Positions 56,601 through 64,000 of a DNA stretch of 64,000 nt are shown piece by piece. The position numbers and the translations under genes are program-made. The notes under the pieces are model-generated. The model was not told the DNA's origin. It was given only the letters and a program-made list of their open reading frames with translations, and ran no database searches. Position 1 is the first letter of the stretch. Each line of letters starts with the position of its first letter. The stretch is taken from the NCBI GenBank assembly GCA_964016885.1, contig OZ024744.1:116870001-116934000 (forward strand). The letters are read 5' to 3'. Source of the stretch: Eledone cirrhosa. Lineage: Eukaryota.

Positions 56601-56885
56601 CGTTGGATGTGCAATGTCAATGTGTGTGAATGACCAAGCATAGGTGAGTTGAGAAAGAAACTGTGTATAAGAGGGATAAGTTGTGGTGTGCAGGAGAGAA
56701 GGCTGAGATGGTATGAACATGTGATGCGCATGGAGGATGACCACTGGGTAAAGAAGTGTCAGAAAATCTCACGAAAAACACAGGGGAGGACGAAAGACCG
56801 TGACAAGTGGAAAGATGCTGTGCTGCATAGGACCCGTGCAACCCTTGCAAGCAGGGAAAAGCGGACATAAAATAATGATGATGAT
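53620..56885 (+). mobile_element. Near full-length RTE LINE, multiply frameshifted (APE + RT)
   Basis: Continuous homology: LNVGTL, AYVPQ, GDFNGHVG, KAAGPSG, DLEKAFD, QGSVLSP, YADD, RRLRWY. (GAT)n tail. Confidence 0.95.
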
Positions 56886-56930
56886 ATACACAAATATATA
56901 CACATACACACACACATATATATATATATA

Positions 56931-58230
56931 CAGGGTACGGACAATATCTGTTCGCAAGATTACTGTCTAGGAAAAAATAACACAGTAGTTTTATTTTTTA
57001 AGATATATTTATCAAACTTGGGTCAGTTTGTCTTCATGACTTCATTCTTTTGATCTCATTCGATAAACCCGCCATTGGCTTTGATGACGGCCTCAAGGCG
57101 GCCTCGGAACCGGCTACAGGTCTTCGTCACTGTCCCCCGACTTAGGCCCCTAAAGGCACTTGTGATCCTGGCCTTCAGATCGTCTTTCATATTGCAGCTA
57201 GATCTGTTGGTGTCTCGTTCCACTGCGCCCCACACAAAGAAGTCGAGGGGGTTGCAGTCAGGCGAGCTGGGAGGCCAGATGTCAGGTGAAGTGTGGTCGA
57301 CGAAGTTCTCTGACAGCCAGGCTTGGGTCTTTCAGCTGGTATGGCAGGGTGCTGAGTCTTGCTGCCACACGTGCAGCCTACCTGCAGCTACCTGATCTAG
57401 GGCTTTACTACTTCGCTCAGAATGCGGATGTAGTCATCGGTGTTCCACTTGAGACCCTCAGGGAAGAAGTGAGGTGGCATGATGTCACCTTGACTGTTGA
57501 CGACACCTAAGACCAATGTTGTCGCTGGAAACTTTGTCGGCATGACTCTGGGCACGTCTTTGGATGAGACAGCAAGCCACCTGTTGTTCTGGGAGTTGAT
57601 CTGGTCTTAGCAGAAGTATTTCTCGTCGGAGAAAACCACAGCATGTCTGTCTCCAGTGGGTGTTTCAACTTGTTGATCATCTTCTTTGCAAGCTTCAGTC
57701 GCTTTTCTTGCATCACCTGTGACAGAAATTGTCCTTTCCTCATCTTGTATGAAACGTAGTGAATGTCTTCATGTACCACCAGCCTAATGAGCTTTTCATC
57801 CACGCCTTTCTTCCTTGCAATGGCACGCATCGACTTGCTAGGTTCATTGTTGATGATGTCCTGAACTTCAGCGATGAACTCGGGCGTTCTGAAGGCGCCA
57901 GATCGTCGATCATGTGTTTTCCTCTCTGATGTTGCTTCGTAGTCGAATCCTGAATCTTCCAATTCCTTTCTGACCTTTTCCACCATTCTCCTGCTGACGC
58001 TGAGAAAGTGTGAAATTTCCTTATTTGTCCTCCTGGCATGGATTCCAAGAAGAACTCTGTGTCTCTTCCACAAATTTGAAGGTTCAAAATTATTCATAAT
58101 CAATTATTCTGAAAATAAATAATGGAAATATAGTCACTGTTTTTATGAAGACAAGAGTGAACATGGAAGTAAAAAAAATTTGCATAAAATTAGCAGTTGA
58201 CAATTGCGAACAAATATCGTCCACACCCTG
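56931..58230 (-). mobile_element. Full-length 1300-bp Tc1/mariner transposon, DD37D (maT), defective
   Basis: 27-bp imperfect TIRs CAGGGT(AC/GT)GGAC(A/G)ATAT(C/T)TGTTCGCAA with TA flanks. Manual translation WQQDSAPCH...WPPSSPDCNPLDFFVW has 37 residues between the catalytic Asps. Stop codon and frameshifts present. Confidence 0.93.
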
Positions 58231-59085
58231 TATATACACACACAGACACAAGATATATACACAGACACAGATATATACACACAGACACAGATATATACAC
58301 ACAGACACAGATATATACACACAGACACAGATATATACACACAGACACAGATATATACACACAGACACAGATATATACACACAGACACAGATATATACAC
58401 ACAGACACAGATATATACACACAGACACAGGTATATATACACACAGACACAGGTATATATACACACAAACACAGGTATATATACACACAGACACAGGTAT
58501 ATACACACAGACACAGGTATATACACACAGACACAGGTATATACACACAGACCCAGGTATATACACACAGACCCAGGTATATACACACAGACCCAGATAT
58601 ATACACACAGACACAGATATATACACACAGACACAGATATATACACACAGACACAGATATATACACACAGACACAGATATATACACACAGACACAGATAT
58701 ATACACACAGACACAGATATATACACACAGACATATACACGCACGCACGCACACACGCACACACGTGTGTGTATATATATATACACACATGTATATGTGT
58801 GTATGTGTATGTATATATATGTGTATGTATATATATGTGTGTATATATAGATATGTGTATATATATGTGTGTATATATAGATGTGTATATATATATATAT
58901 ACACATATGTATGTGTGTGTATGTATATATGTGTATGTATGTGTGTGTATGTATATATGTGTATGTATGTGTGTATGTATATATGTGTATGTATATATGT
59001 GTGTGTATATATGTGTATGTATATATGTATATATATATATATATGTGTATGTATATATGTATATATATATATATATGTGTATGTA

Positions 59086-59119
<34 letters not shown>

Positions 59120-59158
59120 TATGTATATTTGTATATATATATATATATGTGTGTGTGT

Positions 59159-59198
<40 letters not shown>

Positions 59199-59201
59199 AT
59201 G

Positions 59202-59236
<35 letters not shown>

Positions 59237-59365
59237 ATATATATATGTATAAATGTGTGTGTGTGTATATATGTGTCTGTGTGTGTGTATATATGTATAT
59301 AAATGTGTGTGTGTGTATATATGTGTCTGTGTGTGTATATATATGTGTGTGTGTGTGTGTATAAG
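58231..59365 (+). repeat. 20-bp CA/TA minisatellite followed by TG/TA microsatellite
   Basis: (ACAGACACAGATATATACAC)n. Confidence 0.9.
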
Positions 59366-59554
59366 TATTTATATATAATTATATATTCGTGTACAGATAT
59401 TTTTGCATACACAAAAACAAAATATAAACAAACGTATTTATTTCACGAAAGCACAGACGGCTTATCGTCATTGTTACTGCCGATATGCCACCCCAAAAGT
59501 CCTAGCCTGGCCGCAAGATCAGATTTTCCAGAAGAAAAAATGTTACTAGAGCAA

Positions 59555-60545
59555 CAGAGAGAATAAGCTTCGCGATTACCATCAACAAAGCTCAGGGTCA
59601 AACCCTAAAAGTGGCTGGCCTTCATCTGGGAAAACCATGGTCAATTGTATGTAGGATGCTCTAGGGTTAGCTCGCCAAACAATCTCTTCATCTTTGCTCC
59701 CAAGGACCGAACAATAAATATTGTATACTCTGAGGCTCTAACAATGTAATTTATGTATTTTCTGTTACTTGGAATTCTATGGTTGTACAAATTATTGTAA
59801 AGTTTAAAAAATGTGTTCTCTGTTCAACCTTTATTGTTGTAACTATCAATTTTCTTTAACGTACTAACTGAGAAAAGAAACCTACAATGAAAGAACATCT
59901 TAAAGTTTACCCAAGCCAAATGTTGTATTTATTAACATTTCTATCTGCAGGTTCTTAGCAAGCTTACTGGCGCTTTAGTATGGTATTCAATTCTCATATC
60001 GTTATTGATTGATATGGTGCATATATCGCAGCTATTTATGTTTTAAACATTAGATAACGATTGCTGATGTATATTGTACGACAGAATTAGCTGGACAAAT
60101 TTTGAATGAACAAATAAAAGAGATATAAAAGAGAGATGTTTGTTGGTTGGTTCCTTCGTGTATCATACAAAAAAAAACGAAAAGTGACAATTGGACAGTA
60201 TGTACAGGATTGGGATAAGAGTATATACAGGAAAGTTTATTGATATTAATTTTATAACACCAAAGAAGAAGAAAGATATACCACGTATGCTAACCAACCT
60301 GACTGCTATTTCTAGCAGGTTGGGAATCAACCATAAGGAATTCTCTCTGCGAGTTCGTTGTCAGTGATGATCGTGTTTCGCGGCCTATGTCTCCGATTCC
60401 AACGGTGGTTTACACACACGAACACTCACACACATATACACACACACACTGTAAACAAGACAATGCATTCAATACAGACGTTTTCTCTTCTGCAGGTCTT
60501 CTCTTATCATTTGTTAACCTTGGCGAAGCTGGGTACCTCAGCTAG
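59555..60545 (+). mobile_element. Helitron 3' portion (PIF1-like helicase C-terminus, 3' hairpin + CTAG)
   Basis: SFAITINKAQGQTLKVAGL..HGQLYVGCSRV..NLFI..TINIVYSEAL; ACCTTGGCGAAGCTGGGT hairpin then CTAG|T. Confidence 0.8.
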
Positions 60546-60549
60546 TATA

Positions 60550-61241
60550 TCTTTATATATATAAAAGCGAGTATGTGTGTGTGTCTGTGTACAACTTGGC
60601 ATGCATAAGGCTTTCACAATTACCAACTGAATTTGACCAAATTTTCTGTGCACGTTGCACAGGTCGCTAAGATTGTTATGTCACAAACATTTTTCAAATC
60701 GACCTACGTTGAGCAACAAAAAATCGATATCAAAATTATCGGTAGAAACATTGATGTAAGGGAGATAACAAACTTTATTGACAATCCTTATAAAAAAGGG
60801 AGATAACCTTTTCACCAAATATGCCCCGAATTAACTGTTTGTACTTTAGCAAAACTGCCTGTTTTTTTTACAGATTTGCAACGTGTATTGTCTTTAATCA
60901 TTTGTATAACTACATCCTGTTCAGTGTTTTCCTTCATTATCAGCATAGTTTTATGTGTAGAAAGATTGCACTAAATATTCGTTTGCATTAATTATTGAAG
61001 ACTTCTGCTTATTTTGACAGGCTGGGGACAAATAATTGTTTCTACTTTAGGCACAAGGCCAGCAATTACCCGGTGCATTACTGGTACTTTATTTTATCGA
61101 CCCCGTAAGGATGAAAGGCAAAGTCAACCTCGGCGGGATTTGAACTCAAGGTTGGGGACAAATAATGTTCTTCTTTTACTTCCTAGCTGTATATTCTTAG
61201 CATAATTTCAAACCCCGAGCAACGCCGGGTAAATCTGCTAG
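60550..61241 (+). mobile_element. Non-autonomous Helitron containing a SINE A insertion (61037-61152, minus, TSD TGGGGACAAATAAT)
   Basis: A|TC 5' end, CCCGAGCAACGCCGGG hairpin, CTAG|T 3' end. Confidence 0.8.
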
Positions 61242-61501
61242 TATATATATAAAGCAATAAAAATCTAATAGATATAACAGTGAAATACCTTAAAGATGAT
61301 TCATGTATTTATTGTTATTGCCACCTGATAAGACAGCAAAGAGCAGCTGTTTGTTGTGGACAATTACAATACCACTACTACTACTACATTGATAACAATA
61401 CAATACTTTTGTGTGTCACTCTATCAGTGTATATATATATATATGTGTGTGTGTGTGTGCTTGTATATATATGTTTTTGTGTATATATATATATATATAT
61501 T

Positions 61502-61535
<34 letters not shown>

Positions 61536-61580
61536 GTGACGAAACATAAGTCAATTGCATGAACTCATAATCCTTTATTT

Positions 61581-61638
61581 ACTGCTATATATATATTTCA
61601 ATGATAGCCATTGAATGGCTATGATCTCATCAGGCAGT
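61581..61638 (-). ncRNA. Type I hammerhead ribozyme
   Basis: ACTGC-CTGATGA-GAT.ATAGCCAT(TCA)ATGGCTAT.ATT-GAAA(TATATATA)TA-GCAGT then AATAAA. Confidence 0.8.
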
Positions 61639-62174
61639 TTGTCAGTTCTTAGATATGCTAGCTCTGTGTTTATGGTGTTGATGGTATCAGAGCCTTGGGA
61701 TATATATATATATGGTATCCCTCTATTTCCCCAATTGCAAATGTTCTGCTCACACAATTATTGCTGTATTTATCACTTCACTAGCTTCCACAACACATTT
61801 ATTTTTTACCCTCATTTTCTCTACCATGCTGCCTCTCTACGAAGTCATCTACCTCCCCTCCTCTCTCTTACACTATTATTAGTGTTGTTTTATTTATCAG
61901 TTCGCTTTCTCTTCAAAGTCATCTACTCCTATCCGTCTATTTTGCCATGAGATGCTACAGGCCATGATTTGGCTACCTACCTCACAATTTCCCTCCCTCC
62001 ACCATAGCCTATTCGACCAATCAAACCTCAGCATGTCCCCCCTCACCCACTACCAACCCCAACAAACCCTGCCATTTCTACTACTACCTTCCTCTCTCCT
62101 CCCCCGTCCCAGCCCAACACACCCTGCCATTATTACCACCACCACTGTTCTTCTAGCCTTGAATTCTCCTACCA

Positions 62175-64000
62175 TTATGTATGGATGAGCTGAGAATAAA
62201 TGGAGTAACCCTGAATTAATAAATGAAAATGAATATGAATCCGCGAGCTACCAAGCACCCATGTGAAGCTTCAATTCAGAGACAGGAAGCACATGCACAC
62301 CCCTGCAAAAATCGACCCTTCCCCACGAATGTTGACAAATGCCCAAAACTCCGAGTTGGAACCATCAATGTAAGCACAATGAAAGGAAGAGCAGGAGAAA
62401 TCGTAGAGATGCTAGAGCGAAAGGAAATTAATGTATGCTGTGTGCAAGAGACTAGATGGAGAGGAGAGTCTGCTAGAGATCTTGCAGGAAAAAGTCAGTG
62501 CTACAAATTTTTCTGGGTTGGAAATGACTATGGGATCGGTGGTGTAGGTATCCTACTAGTTGACAAATGGGTAGATAAGGTGAACAGGGTAAATGCAAGA
62601 ATCATTAAACTCAGACTAGTCCTGAATAAAACAATTACCACAATAATATCAGCTTACGCACCCCAATCGGGGTTGCCAGACGAACTTAAGGATAGGTTTT
62701 ATGAGTCCCTAATGCACACTACTGCTCTAACAAACGACAATGATTTCCTAATCATTGCAGCAGATTTTAACGGACACGTAGGTAAACACTGTGACGGCTT
62801 CAATAGAGGCCATGGGGCTGGCACAAGAAATGAAGAAGGATTCAGACTTCTAGAATTCTGCGACGCCAATGACATGTCGTGGATTGGCAGTATCGGTGGA
62901 GGGTCGGACGCCATGCTTTCCAGCATAGTTACGTCCCTTTACGATCTGAGTTCAAATCCCGCCGAGGTTGACTTTGCCTTTCATCCTTACGGGGTCGATA
63001 AAATAAAGTACCAGTAATGTACTGGGTAATTGCTGGCCTTGTGCCTAAAGTAGAAACAATTATGTAACACAAACTTCAAAAAACCTGACAACCACCTGAT
63101 CACCTATAGATCAGGCGAGCATTCTAATCAGATAGATTTTATCCTCATCAGAGGACATGACAGATGGGGGGTCGTAAACACAAAAGCCTTCCCTAGTGAG
63201 GAATGAACCTCCCAACATAACTTAGTTGTCAGCGACCTCACGGTCAGAACTAGACGAACCTGGAAACAGAAGCCAACCTGGAGAAGAAAGATCTGGAAGC
63301 TGAAAGACCCCTCAACCAGTAACAGATTTAAAGATATTTTACTCAACGCCTATGACAGTAAAGAACAGATAGAGACATTCAATGTAGAAGAGAACTGGGA
63401 GTTCCTAAAAAATAACTTACTAGAGGCGACAGATGAGATCTGTAGCTGGAGTAAGACCACAAGCAGGAGGAGAGTGACTTGGTGGTGGAACAATAAGGTA
63501 GATGAGGCAGTTAAGGCCAAGAGACAGGCATGGAAAGAATGGAAGAACGGGGGAAGCAGGGTACATTGCATAGAGACCAAGAGGGAAGCTAGGCGACAAG
63601 TATACTTAGCTAGGAGGGAAGCAGAGGATAGAAAATTCAAGCATGTTTTGCAACGTGAGGACCAGAAACAGGAGGTGTTCAAGATTGCAAGGCAGTGTGT
63701 CAGAGAGAATTGTGATGTCATTGGAGAGGTGTATCTGGAATAATAAAGGTGAGCTTGCCCTCACAAGTGCTGAGAAGAAAGATGCATGGAAGAGCCATTA
63801 TGATAGATTACTAAATGAGGAGAATGCATGGGAAGAAGAGACCCTACCCCAAGTAGACCCTATAGAGGGGCCAGCAGTACAAGTCAGCAGCAGCGTAGTA
63901 AGTACGGCAATCAAAGATATGAAGATGGGGAAGGCAATCGGTCTATTGGGTATAGCTGCCGAGATGCTGAAGGCATCTGGGTCTGTAGGTCACACTATAA
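62175..64000 (+). mobile_element. RTE LINE 5' part (APE + linker), interrupted by SINE A at ~62878-63062; runs off the window end
   Basis: LRVGTINVSTM, CCVQETRW, SAYAPQ, DFNGHVG, RNEEGFRLLEFC, TWWWN. Confidence 0.93.

Overview
AT-rich, repeat-saturated eukaryotic DNA. The SINE and RTE families resemble those I recall from octopod cephalopod genomes (inference). There is no intact protein-coding gene, and most of the ORF track is (TA)n/(CA)n or tandem-repeat translation noise. Recognisable content: a Penelope-like retroelement (RT + GIY-YIG) with an inverted 3' arm (6.2-9.7 kb), several decayed RTE LINEs, CRE- and R4/Dong-type REL-endonuclease fragments, a full-length DD37D (maT) Tc1/mariner copy plus a partial one, Helitron pieces, MITEs, a probable solo LTR, two tRNA-derived SINE families plus RTE-tailed repeats, 27-, 48- and 58-bp tandem arrays, about 12 kb of TA-rich microsatellite, and a candidate host first exon at about 13.7 kb. 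The main unexplained signal is about 20 type I hammerhead ribozyme motifs, parsed by eye, in roughly 13 distinct sequence contexts. They sit mostly in small non-coding elements next to (TA)n tracts, often as palindromes with staggered 3' ends. They include a 421-nt tandem retrozyme-like unit and families with recurrent variant catalytic cores (CCGANGA, CUGAGA). All RNA structures are manual pairings, not computed folds.
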